Source: an uncultured Candidatus Saccharibacteria bacterium (GTDB lineage: Bacteria; Patescibacteriota; Minisyncoccia; Minisyncoccales; GWA2-38-27). From it: a stretch of DNA of 62,507 nucleotides. Below are positions 1 through 8,929 of the stretch, in pieces. Under the pieces are notes generated by a model, which was not told where the DNA came from, did no database searches, and saw only the letters and a list, made by a program, of their open reading frames with translations. The stretch covers positions 1 to 62,507 of the forward strand of contig CAYUSS010000005.1 of assembly GCA_964447515.1 (NCBI GenBank). Reading direction: 5' to 3'. A program made the position numbers and the translations under genes. Each line of letters begins with the position of its first letter. The first letter of the stretch is position 1.

Positions 1-986
1 TAGCCTTGCGGCCGTACTTCCCAGGCGGGACACTTAACGCGTTAGCTTCGCCACCCAAAGGGTCGACACTTCAGATAGCCAGTGTCCATCGTTTACGGCT
101 AGGAATACGAGGGTATCTAATCCTCTTCTCTCCCCTAGCTTTCGTTCCTCAGCGTCAGGGTCGTTCCAGCTGAATGCCTTCGCTTTTGGTGTTCCAGTCG
201 ATATCAACGGATTTCACCCCTACACCGACCGTTCCATCAGCCTCTAACGCCCTCTACCTCGCCGGTTTTCTCTGCAGTTCTAAGGTTAAGCCCTAGAGAT
301 TTAACAGAGAACCTAATGAGGCGCCTACGAACGCTTTACGCCCAATAAATCCGGATAACACTTGGGGATCACGTTTTACCGAGGCTTCTGGCACGTGATT
401 AGCCTCCCCTTATTCCTGGAGTACCGTCACCATCCTCCGCTCCTTACTTCGTTTGGAGCTATGGATAGCACAGCCCGAAGGCTTGCCGCTCCGAAGCTCT
501 TTGCGAAACAAAGAGCGAAGGACGGTTCTTCCTCCAGAAAAGCTCTTTACACCCCGAAGGGCTTTTTCAAGCACGCGGCGTCGCTCGATCAGGCTTTCGC
601 CCATTGTCGAATATTCTCGACTGCTGCCTCCCGTAGGAGTATGGACCGTTCTCAATTCCATTGTTGGGGAACATGTTCTAGCATCCCCTACCCGTCATAG
701 CCTTGGTAAGCTGTTATCTTACCAACAAGCTGATAGGCCGCGGGCTGATCCTAAAGCGGTTGCCGAAGCTTCCATTTATCCTTTCCAACTTTTGTAAGAA
801 AGGGACTATCGGGAATTAGCCCGCCTTTCGGCGGATTATACCCGTCTTTAGGGTTCATTACCCACGTGTTACTAACCCGTTCGCCACTATCGAGTACTCA
901 GCGAACTGAGTGCTCGACCGTTCGACTTGCATGCCTTATCCACGCCGCTAGCGTTCATCCTGAGCCAAGATCAAACTCTCAAAGTA
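1..986 (-). rRNA. rrs: 16S rRNA, 5' portion (runs off the window start at about E. coli position 907)
   Basis: Reverse complements of universal 16S motifs: AGAGTTTGATC at 969-979, ACTCCTACGGGAGGCAGC near 625-645, GTGCCAG..GGTAA near 376-394, GGATTAGATACCC near 111-124. Confidence 0.98.
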
Positions 987-1122
987 ATACTGACAACCAC
1001 CGATAATAGTTGATTACCACCGATAAAAAAATCAGTGAAAATCTGTTATAAATCAGCGGAAATCAGTTTGTTTTGACTTTTGTCAAAACAGAGTCGGGAC
1101 AACTCTAAAAAACTGACTCAAA

Positions 1123-1135
1123 TTTTCAAAGAACT
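1123..1135 (-). promoter_or_regulatory. rrn boxA antitermination element
   Basis: Minus strand reads AGTTCTTTGAAAA in the rRNA leader, matching the Firmicute-type boxA consensus. Confidence 0.7.
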
Positions 1136-1237
1136 TTCTAAAAAAATAGCCGCGAAGACACCTTCGCGGGCATTTTCGATGTCTTCTAATCTTTAATTCT
1201 TACATATATCTTAATCCGTTACCCATTATCTATCTTT

Positions 1238-1265
1238 ATTCTACTTTTCTAAAAACCTTTGTCAA
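1238..1265 (-). promoter_or_regulatory. sigma70 promoter of the rRNA operon
   Basis: Minus strand TTGACA-16 nt-TAGAAT upstream of boxA and the 16S gene. Confidence 0.7.
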
Positions 1266-1266
1266 G

Positions 1267-1338
1267 AGCCGAGGAGAGGACTTGCACCCCCAACCTATGG
1301 TTTACAAAACCATTGCTCTTCTGTTAAGCTACCTCGGC
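1267..1338 (-). tRNA. tRNA-Thr(UGU), CCA not encoded
   Basis: Cloverleaf on the minus strand: acceptor GCCGAGG/CCTCGGC, anticodon stem ATGGT-tt-TGT-aa-ACCAT, variant T-loop GTGCAAGTC. Confidence 0.9.
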
Positions 1339-1342
1339 AAAA

Positions 1343-1723
1343 TCACTTTTTCTTTTTTACCCACACACCATAACGAGTTTCTCGTTTGGTGTAGGGGTTT
1401 ATTTTTTTCCAGTAGTCAGCTGAAAAATTACTTTTCTTTTTTGCTGATTTCTGCCGCAATTTCATTAGCCAAGTACTGGTCTTATTGTCAGTTTTTAGAC
1501 TCAAAACTCTAATTTTAGAAAGTATTTTTTGTAATAATGTCTCACCGGAAAAAGTTTTAAGAGCTCCATTCTTTTTAATTTTATCTTTCAATCTTCCAAA
1601 AATTCCTGGACCCTTAATTTCTTGGGGCGATAATTCGGTCAAAACTGGAATTTCCCGAACTATAATCACGCCCATACCAATGAGACCGGTTACTAAAATT
1701 ACTATAGCAAATAGTTCTATCAT
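1343..1723 (-). CDS. hypothetical protein with N-terminal TM helix
   Basis: 126 aa ORF whose start overlaps the tsf stop; hydrophobic N-terminus, basic C-terminus. Confidence 0.7.
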   Translation of the reverse strand: MIELFAIVILVTGLIGMGVIIVREIPVLTELSPQEIKGPGIFGRLKDKIKKNGALKTFSGETLLQKILSKIRVLSLKTDNKTSTWLMKLRQKSAKKKSNFSADYWKKINPYTKRETRYGVWVKKKK

Positions 1724-2304
1724 ATTTTGTATCTCACAAACCTTTTTACTATAATATTCTCCCCTATTATACTAATATAACTTTCAATCAAGCCCTTTAT
1801 GGTCTTTGTTTCATCTTTTATCCAAAGTTGCGACATTAAAGAAATTTCTTCTTTATACTTTTTCAATTTTCCTTCCACAATTTCATCAATTATTTTTTGC
1901 GGTTTCCCAGAATTTTTTAATTGTTCGTGATAAATTTTTCTCTCACCGTCTAAAAATCTTTCAGGAATATCTTCTTCTCTCAAAAAAAGAGGATCCATTG
2001 CCGCAATTTGCAAACAAAGTTCATGGGCTAATTTCTGGAATTCTTTTGATTTGGCCACAAAATCACTTTCAGAACAAAGCTTAACCATGGCCCCGATTCT
2101 TTTGTCGGGATGAACATAACTCTCAATTATCCCCTCACCCGCTTCTCTATCTGCTTTCTTGCCAGCCGATTCTTTGCCCCTTTTCCTTAAAATCTCTTTT
2201 GCCTTTTCCAAATCGCCCCTTGCTTGCTTAAGGGCTTTTTTACATTCTGTTATTGAAATCCCTGTCTCTTGGCGGAGTTGTCTAATTTGGTCAATATCAA
2301 CCAT
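1720..2304 (-). CDS. tsf: elongation factor Ts (short form)
   Basis: QLRQETG-ISITECKKAL N-terminal motif, EGII.SY.H, CESDFVA; adjacent to rpsB. Confidence 0.96.
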   Translation of the reverse strand: MVDIDQIRQLRQETGISITECKKALKQARGDLEKAKEILRKRGKESAGKKADREAGEGIIESYVHPDKRIGAMVKLCSESDFVAKSKEFQKLAHELCLQIAAMDPLFLREEDIPERFLDGERKIYHEQLKNSGKPQKIIDEIVEGKLKKYKEEISLMSQLWIKDETKTIKGLIESYISIIGENIIVKRFVRYKI

Positions 2305-2305
2305 A

Positions 2306-3100
2306 TTATTTCTTCGCTTTCAATATTACCTTTTTTACTTTCTCTAAGATATATTTCACAGAGCTAATGGCATCGTCATTTGCTGGAATTGGATAATCGG
2401 CCAAACACGGGTCAACATTAGTATCTGCAATAGCAATAATTTTTATTCCCTTTTTTCTCCCCTCGTTAACTGCTAAGGCATTTTTTCTTATATCTACTAC
2501 AAAAATAGCATTAGGAGTTTTCTCTAATTCTTTTATTCCTCCGAATTTAATTTCCAATTTTTTTAATTCCTGGTCTATGTCGGCTCTTTCTTTTTTAGTA
2601 TATTTTTCTAATTCTCTATCTTTTTTTTTCTTTTCTAATTCTTTAAAGTATTCTATTCTTTTTTTAATGGTTTCAAAATTAGTAAGAGTCCCTCCCAACC
2701 ATCTCTCATTAACATAGGGTAAGTTGCAATCTAGGGCGATATTTTTTACTAAATCTTTAATTTGAACTTTTGTGCCGACTAAAAGTAAAATTTTATTTTC
2801 AGAAATAAGTTTCTGAATAAATTTAAGGGCCTCTTTAAGTTTTTCAACGGTCTTATTAAGGTCAATAATATGAATAGTATCTCTCATTCCATAGATATAG
2901 GGTTTCATTTTAGGATGAGAACGAGAAGCGCGATGCCCAAAATGCAAACCGGCCTGAGCCATCTCCTCAAGATTGAGTTTGAATTCGTCTTTTTCTGTCT
3001 TTTTTATCTCTTTTTTCTCTTGCTTGCCCGCCCTAGCTTTAGGGGAAGAGGGTTCCTCTGTCCCAGTCTGCTCGGCGGCAGTGGTCTTCTTCTTTCCCAT
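2306..3100 (-). CDS. rpsB: 30S ribosomal protein S2 with ~40 aa N-terminal charged extension
   Basis: AGLHFGH, ERWLGGTLTNF, DTNVDP, PANDDA motifs. Start set to MGKKK (3100) instead of the upstream start at 3148. Confidence 0.96.
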   Translation of the reverse strand: MGKKKTTAAEQTGTEEPSSPKARAGKQEKKEIKKTEKDEFKLNLEEMAQAGLHFGHRASRSHPKMKPYIYGMRDTIHIIDLNKTVEKLKEALKFIQKLISENKILLLVGTKVQIKDLVKNIALDCNLPYVNERWLGGTLTNFETIKKRIEYFKELEKKKKDRELEKYTKKERADIDQELKKLEIKFGGIKELEKTPNAIFVVDIRKNALAVNEGRKKGIKIIAIADTNVDPCLADYPIPANDDAISSVKYILEKVKKVILKAKK

Positions 3101-3311
3101 AATATTAGTATCTTCTAATATACCACACCCAAATTTTAAATCAAGCAAAACATCAACGAGGCCTAACCTCGTTGATATTCGTATGGGCGCATTCGCATAC
3201 CCGAGCGTAGCCCATAGGGAAAAGCGAGGTTGCGCTATTCGCGTGCAATAAAAAAAAGGGGGAAAGCTTGGTACTTTCCCCTTGGAGCCGTAGGGCTTGG
3301 AGCCGTAGGGC

Positions 3312-4031
3312 CTAAAATGTGAAGGTTTTCTGAATACGTAGCATCTCCTCCCCGTCTTGGTCCCAGGTGAGCTGAAGATTGAAATCGCCGACGCCGCCGG
3401 GCAGTATACCGATGGGGTCCTTTATGACAATATTGGGACCCACTCGCCATGTCCACTCGTCGTCACCGACGTTTGCCCAAGAAGCATTTCCACCAACACC
3501 TACTTGAAGCCAGTCGTTGATTTTGTAGTTCAGAGATGTAGTGAGGGTAGAAAACTGTTCGGTCCCTTCGCTTTCCAGAGGCAGGTAATACATCGGCAGA
3601 CTGTTAAATCTCCATCTGCCCCAACCGCCTTCAATCCAGAAGCAAGGACCGAAATACTGAGAATCTTCGGCTACCACATAGTATGGCAATGCCCAGAAGT
3701 TGAGACCCAGAACGCTGAATGCCTTATAGCCGACGCAGAAGCCGAGCTCCTGATAGGAGCTGTCTCCGACATCGTAGTAGTAGATATCAGCAGGCACCAG
3801 CTTTCCTTTTGCCAGGAACACTTCTGTGTAACGACCGACAGCTTTCCAGTCCTTGTTCACTTCGGTCCGGAGACAAATCCATGCTGAAAGCGGATTTTCT
3901 TCCGGGCCGGCGGTAATGACCGCGGAGTCGAGGTTCGTTAGTTCATCCTTTGGCTGGTCCTGAGCATTTGTAGTCACGACAAAGAAAAACGTCGCTATTA
4001 CCATCAAGACAAAAACTCTTTCCTTTCTCAT
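3312..4031 (-). CDS. secreted hypothetical protein, beta-barrel-like
   Basis: Signal peptide, aromatic-rich alternating strands, C-terminal Phe (RIQKTFTF); visibly more GC-rich than its neighbours. Confidence 0.7.
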   Translation of the reverse strand: MRKERVFVLMVIATFFFVVTTNAQDQPKDELTNLDSAVITAGPEENPLSAWICLRTEVNKDWKAVGRYTEVFLAKGKLVPADIYYYDVGDSSYQELGFCVGYKAFSVLGLNFWALPYYVVAEDSQYFGPCFWIEGGWGRWRFNSLPMYYLPLESEGTEQFSTLTTSLNYKINDWLQVGVGGNASWANVGDDEWTWRVGPNIVIKDPIGILPGGVGDFNLQLTWDQDGEEMLRIQKTFTF

Positions 4032-4097
4032 CAGATATCTCCTTTCTTTGTTTATGTAGTTGTGAATGTTTGAACTCAGAATGAGTCCACTGTTGAT

Positions 4098-4126
4098 ATT
4101 ATATACCTATACTCCAAATTTGTCAA
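4098..4126 (-). promoter_or_regulatory. consensus sigma70 promoter for 3312-4031
   Basis: Minus strand TTGACA-17 nt-TATAAT. Confidence 0.75.
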
Positions 4127-4204
4127 ACTTTTCGCTCTTATTCTTGACTTTTTAGGAAACCTTTGATAATATAAAATTGCTATCAATTCGTAATTCATAG
4201 AGCT

Positions 4205-4429
4205 ATGAAAAAAGACATACATCCTAAATATTATCCAAAGGCTCGGGTTCAGTGCGCTTGCGGGAACTCCTTTACGGTTGGCTCAGCCAAGGAGTTTATT
4301 GAGATTGAAATTTGTTCAAAATGCCATCCTTTTTATACTGGCAAGAAAAAAATTGTTGATACTCTGGGAAGAGTTGAGAAATTTAGAAAGCGATTAGCCA
4401 AAAAGCAAACAAAGAAAGCCAGGAAGTAA
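4205..4429 (+). CDS. rpmE: 50S ribosomal protein L31 (Zn-binding type)
   Basis: [23 protein letters not shown]. Confidence 0.97.
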   Translation: MKKDIHPKYYPKARVQCACGNSFTVGSAKEFIEIEICSKCHPFYTGKKKIVDTLGRVEKFRKRLAKKQTKKARK

Positions 4430-4456
4430 GCCCGGCAGAAAAAAAAAGAGATAATC

Positions 4457-5197
4457 ATGGAAAATTTTGAACCAAATTCAATAATTATGGAAATTAGAGC
4501 CGGGGCCGGCGGTGAAGAGGCCGGACTTTTTGCTGCTGATTTATTTAGAATGTATTCAAAATACGCTGTTTCTCAGAATTGGAGGCAGAAAATTTTAGAT
4601 TCACATCTAACCGAACTCAGCGGTTTCAAACAAATAATTTTTGAATTAAGGGACGGCGATGTTTTTTTTAAAATGAAATATGAAGGCGGAGTCCATCGGG
4701 TTCAAAGAATTCCCAAAACCGAAAAGTCAGGCAGGGTTCATACCTCAACCGCTACTGTTGCTGTTTTACCTAAACCCCAAAAAACTCAAATTAAAATAAA
4801 TCCCAGCGACTTAAAAATTGATATTTACAAATCTTCAGGACCGGGAGGCCAAAACGTCAATAAAAGAATGACCGCAGTAAGAATTACTCATTTACCAAGC
4901 GGGCTTGTTGTCGCTTCTCAGACCGAAAGAAATCAGCTTCAAAATAAAGAAAACGCTTTGTCAATTTTATCCGCCCGGCTTTTAGAAAAAAAAGGGCAAG
5001 AGGAAGAAACAAAAATTGGGGGCAAAAGAAAAACCCAGATTGGCAAAGCAAAAAGGGCTGAAAAAATTAGAACCTATAATTTTCCCCAAGACAGGGTAAC
5101 CGACCACCGGATTAAAAAAAGCTGGTCAAATATTGAGCAAATTATGGGAGGAAAATTAGATAAAATAATAAGTGTCCTACAAAAAAAGCTTCAATAA
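4457..5197 (+). CDS. prfA: peptide chain release factor 1, lacking N-terminal domain 1
   Basis: EIRAGAGGEEA, P-x-T motif (QRIPKTE), GPGGQ, RTYNFPQDRVTDHRI; only 246 aa. Confidence 0.9.
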   Translation: MENFEPNSIIMEIRAGAGGEEAGLFAADLFRMYSKYAVSQNWRQKILDSHLTELSGFKQIIFELRDGDVFFKMKYEGGVHRVQRIPKTEKSGRVHTSTATVAVLPKPQKTQIKINPSDLKIDIYKSSGPGGQNVNKRMTAVRITHLPSGLVVASQTERNQLQNKENALSILSARLLEKKGQEEETKIGGKRKTQIGKAKRAEKIRTYNFPQDRVTDHRIKKSWSNIEQIMGGKLDKIISVLQKKLQ

Positions 5198-5253
5198 AAC
5201 GGTCGAGAACAGTTCTCGACCGTTTTAATACTACGAGAACCGTTCTCGTAGTA
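5196..5253. repeat. two tandem palindromes with core CGAGAAC-N-GTTCTCG between convergent genes; possible bidirectional terminator
   Basis: AAAACGGTCGAGAAC-A-GTTCTCGACCGTTTT (5196-5226) and TACTACGAGAAC-C-GTTCTCGTAGTA (5229-5253). Confidence 0.85.
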
Positions 5254-5274
5254 TGCTCTCGTAGTATTTTCTAT

Positions 5275-6735
5275 TTAAAATATTAACTCTTCACATTTAA
5301 AAGACATAGTTCCCTGGTCTATAAAAACTTGAATACAGGAAGCTCGAGGATTAATATAGCTTTTAAAATACCAATCATATAGAGATGAATATGAACCATG
5401 GAGATAGGTCACAGTCGCTATCCATTCAGCATTATATGTCTGCTTTGCAGCGCCAGCATCTCTTAAAAATAATCCAGCTGCTAAAAAAGCGTCCAAGGGT
5501 TTCCAGGGATCAGCAAGTTTTCCAATAATAGTTTCTATTCTTTTTTCATAGAAGACCCAAGTAGTTGGCATAAACTGAGCCGGTCCCATTGCTCCTCCAT
5601 ATCCCGCATAATCAGGCGAAGGGCAAGAAACCTTAGTGCTATAAGCATCCCTATTGGGTAATTTTTCACAAATAGCCAAGAAATCATCTACATCCCCCTT
5701 TCTCCCGAGCAATCCCATCGGTTTCATTACCCCTTTAACTTGCTTCCCAGTTATTGCTCTAATGCCATCGCCTGTTTTAGAATCTTTTAAATAACACTCT
5801 CCCACATTCCTGCCTAAAGCAGATTCGCCACTAATAAGACCTATTAAGAAAGCAGGCCTGATGCCAGTCTTAGTCTCTACATACTTAGCAATTTCTATAG
5901 CCTGACCTAAATTAATCTGTTGTTCTTCTGGCAATCCAACCAACTTAAGAATCTTCGCTTCTATTTCAGCTGCTTTTTTTTCAACCTCTTCTTTTTCCCG
6001 AAGCTGTTTCTGAAATTCTTGTTCGGTTAAATTCCAATAATACTGCTGTTCTTCTTTTGTTTTGGCACTTTCGTTTTTTTGAAGGGTCTGAATTTGAACT
6101 GTTTGCTCTAAATCCCCTTTTTCTTGTCCTAAAGCGAGGCTTTGCTGTTCTAAATTTGATTTCAAATCTTTAATATTCTCTAAAAGTTCCCTGTTCTCAT
6201 TATTTAAAATCTCTAAAGCCACTAAATTGTCAAAGAAATCAGAAAGTTCTGGTTCAGATAATAAAATTTCAATAACCGGTTTCTGGTCTTCTTCATAAAT
6301 AGTTCTTAAAATACCGCTTAACTTTTCTTTGGAGCCCTCAATTTTTAAAGAAGTTTTTTCAATAGATGTTCCGGTATCTTCAATTTGAATTCCTAAATCT
6401 TTAATAACTAAATTGCTCTGGTAAATCTGGTAATTTAAGTTTTCTATTTTGTTGCTCAAACTCCAAATTTTATTCTGAAGTGTCTTTTTCTCTTCTCCGG
6501 TCTTGCTGATATCTTTTTCAATCTCGCTAATTTTTTCTTCATAAAGAACTTGGCACTCTTTTAATAAGGATTGATAATTCTCTTTTGAAAGGTTTTGCTG
6601 GCCTTTGTTAATTATTTCTTCACATCTCTCACTTAAATTTTCCTCTCCAAAAACAAAATTGCCAGAAATTGGCAATACAAAAACTAAAATTAAAATAAAT
6701 ACCAAAACGATTTTTGAAATACGAGTCATTGTCAT
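5275..6735 (-). CDS. coiled-coil (PcsB/CwlO-like) + lytic murein transglycosylase domain protein
   Basis: N-terminal TM helix, long heptad coiled coil, then ES..G.NVG and GAMGPAQFMPTTW (SLT/MltB-like). Confidence 0.8.
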   Translation of the reverse strand: MTMTRISKIVLVFILILVFVLPISGNFVFGEENLSERCEEIINKGQQNLSKENYQSLLKECQVLYEEKISEIEKDISKTGEEKKTLQNKIWSLSNKIENLNYQIYQSNLVIKDLGIQIEDTGTSIEKTSLKIEGSKEKLSGILRTIYEEDQKPVIEILLSEPELSDFFDNLVALEILNNENRELLENIKDLKSNLEQQSLALGQEKGDLEQTVQIQTLQKNESAKTKEEQQYYWNLTEQEFQKQLREKEEVEKKAAEIEAKILKLVGLPEEQQINLGQAIEIAKYVETKTGIRPAFLIGLISGESALGRNVGECYLKDSKTGDGIRAITGKQVKGVMKPMGLLGRKGDVDDFLAICEKLPNRDAYSTKVSCPSPDYAGYGGAMGPAQFMPTTWVFYEKRIETIIGKLADPWKPLDAFLAAGLFLRDAGAAKQTYNAEWIATVTYLHGSYSSLYDWYFKSYINPRASCIQVFIDQGTMSFKCEELIF

Positions 6736-7433
6736 TGTTTTTTGGATTTTTCTTTGGGTTCCTTCTCCCCCTTTTCTTTTTCTCTCTCTTCTTCTTTCTT
6801 TTCCTCCTCAACCTTCTCAACCCCTTCTACTTCTTCTCCAACCGGTTTTACTAATTCTTCTTCCACTTTCTCGGGAGGCGTAACAAGGGCTACAATTTCA
6901 TCTGCTTCTTTTCCAATCTTAACATCTTTTGGCAATTCCAAATTCTTTATTAAAATTTCATCCTCAAAAGTTTTTAAACCTTCTACATTTACTTTAATTT
7001 CATGAGGAAGATTTTGAGGCAGGGCCTTAACTGTTAATTCTTGAATTTCCTTTACTAAAGTTCCCCCTAATTCTTTTACTGCCGGAGCCTCTCCTTCAAA
7101 AACCAAAGACACAGTTGCCTCAACTTCTTCGGTGAGTATTGGCTGATAAAAATCTATATGAATCAGCTCTCCGCTTAAAGGGTCTTGTTTTACTCCATGA
7201 ACCAATACTAATGATTTCTTAATTTGTCCTGAGTCCTTTGAAGGAACCTGAAGTGAAATTAATGAACTTTCTCCGGCTTCTTTAAAAACTTTCTTAAATT
7301 CTTTTAAATCAACCCTTAGGGGTTGGCTTTTTATTTTCGGCCCATACAAAACAGCCGGTAAAATACCCTTTTTTCTTAAAAGGTTCACCTTTTTTCCAAG
7401 AACTTCTCTAATTTTAGCTCTAAGGAATAACAT
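6732..7433 (-). CDS. rplY: 50S ribosomal protein L25/Ctc
   Basis: LRKKGILPAVLYGP, HIDFY, C-terminal beta domain and acidic tail. Confidence 0.95.
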   Translation of the reverse strand: MLFLRAKIREVLGKKVNLLRKKGILPAVLYGPKIKSQPLRVDLKEFKKVFKEAGESSLISLQVPSKDSGQIKKSLVLVHGVKQDPLSGELIHIDFYQPILTEEVEATVSLVFEGEAPAVKELGGTLVKEIQELTVKALPQNLPHEIKVNVEGLKTFEDEILIKNLELPKDVKIGKEADEIVALVTPPEKVEEELVKPVGEEVEGVEKVEEEKKEEEREKEKGEKEPKEKSKKQ

Positions 7434-7503
7434 TTCTCATCTAAGCATTTAAGCATATAAACAGTTTGAAATTAAATTTTGTTTAAATGTTTAAATGTTT
7501 AAA

Positions 7504-7938
7504 TTATTTAATAATAAACTCATTAGAATAAAAGCGCTCATCCTCTTCAAACATTTCATTTATACTACATCCAACGCATGCCGGTATAGCAAGTCGGTGG
7601 GATACTGCGTCTATTAAAGGCAAGGTAAGTTCAAATGCTTTAACCTCTCCCGGACTGATACATTTTTCAACTAAATTATCAGTCAAACAGTCGGCATAAG
7701 AATAATCCTTCCATTTTCCTTCTTTTTTCTTTTCCAAATAATAAGGATAACAAGAAGAAAAACAAATGCTCTTTCTTGAATCATTTTCAATTTTTACTTT
7801 TAAAACTTTACTTGCCTCATACTCTGATTTATCAGTAATAACACTTACTTGCCCCTCTGAAGGAAGCAAAAAAGCAATTAAAATTATTATAGCTAAAACA
7901 GCTATACCTGTTCCTATTATTAAAAATTCCCTCTTCAT
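7504..7938 (-). CDS. hypothetical membrane-anchored Ig-like protein
   Basis: TM helix followed by a beta-rich domain (TDKSEY, several Cys). Confidence 0.65.
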   Translation of the reverse strand: MKREFLIIGTGIAVLAIIILIAFLLPSEGQVSVITDKSEYEASKVLKVKIENDSRKSICFSSCYPYYLEKKKEGKWKDYSYADCLTDNLVEKCISPGEVKAFELTLPLIDAVSHRLAIPACVGCSINEMFEEDERFYSNEFIIK

Positions 7939-8010
7939 AAATTAGACATTGGATATTAGATGATAGATAAGGGTTTAGATGTTCGTTGCCCAATATCTAA
8001 AATCTAATAT

Positions 8011-8880
8011 TTAAAATCTATTCTTGCTACCAAATAATTCTAATTTTTCTTCAACCTTTTTTTGAACCGATTTAATGGCTTGAGGAAGATATTTATAAGG
8101 AGTAATTTCTCTGGTTTTCTCCAATTCTTTCTTTAAGGAAAAGGTGTAGGCCTTTCTAATTTCTGTATTAATGTTTATTTTCACAATGCCTAACTTTATT
8201 GCCTTCCTAATATCATTTAGAGGAATACCTGAACCGCCATGTAAGACCAAAAACTTATCACCAACTTTTCTCTTTATTTCTTCTAACCTTTTTAATCGAA
8301 GCCGGGGGTTAAAACCACTGATTTCTATTCCATGAAAATTCCCAATACTAATTGCTAAACTATCTACTTTTGTCTCTTCAATAAATTTCTGAGCATCGTC
8401 AGGCACAGTTAAATCTTTCTCTTTTATCTTAAATGTTTTTTTGTAAATCTTTGACGATTCTGTGCCTATTGCTCCTACTTCACCCTCAACTAAGACGCCT
8501 TTCTTATGGGCATATCTTACTATCTTTTTAGCATATTTAATATTTTTTTCAAGAGATAATTCTGAGCCATCAAAATGAACTGCTGAATATCCATAATCAA
8601 TAGCTTTTTTTATTAATTTTAAATCTTTCCCATGGTCAAGATTTAAAAAAGCAGGAATATGATATCTCACCTTAGAAATCTCAACTAAAGCGATAGTTTC
8701 TTTTATTCCTAAAAAATTGCTCTCCCCTTCTGAGGTCCCTAAAATCACCGGACTTTTCATTTTTTGAGCAGCAGCCAAAATCCCTCTCAATTGTTCAAAG
8801 GTGGAAAAATTAAACTGGCCGATAGCGTAATGCTTTTTTTGAGCGTCTTTAAGAATTTGTTTTAAGGTTAAATTGGCCAT
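8011..8880 (-). CDS. fba: class II fructose-bisphosphate aldolase
   Basis: LNLDHG, VHFDGS, EGEVG, LAISIGNFHG, LVLHGGSG, KININTE. Confidence 0.93.
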   Translation of the reverse strand: MANLTLKQILKDAQKKHYAIGQFNFSTFEQLRGILAAAQKMKSPVILGTSEGESNFLGIKETIALVEISKVRYHIPAFLNLDHGKDLKLIKKAIDYGYSAVHFDGSELSLEKNIKYAKKIVRYAHKKGVLVEGEVGAIGTESSKIYKKTFKIKEKDLTVPDDAQKFIEETKVDSLAISIGNFHGIEISGFNPRLRLKRLEEIKRKVGDKFLVLHGGSGIPLNDIRKAIKLGIVKININTEIRKAYTFSLKKELEKTREITPYKYLPQAIKSVQKKVEEKLELFGSKNRF

Positions 8881-8893
8881 AATTTATCTTTTT

Positions 8894-8920
8894 GTCTGTT
8901 GCTATTTGATACCAACAGAC
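8894..8920. repeat. 27-bp hairpin element (monomer of the unit dimerised at 24884)
   Basis: GTCTGTTGCTATTTGATACCAACAGAC versus GCCTGTTAGTATTTGATACCAACAGGC. Confidence 0.75.
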
Positions 8921-8929
8921 GCTTAATGA

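Noticed and set aside
430-527. 16S insertion as a group I intron
   Set aside because: Too short, with no P/Q/R/S core and no ORF.
362-797. Three ORFs in the track (362-700, 410-661, 453-797)
   Set aside because: They lie within the 16S rRNA gene and have no homing-endonuclease motifs; spurious.
1720-2304. Short EF-Ts as a truncation
   Set aside because: The ~195-aa form is a known natural variant (e.g. Thermus, cyanobacteria).
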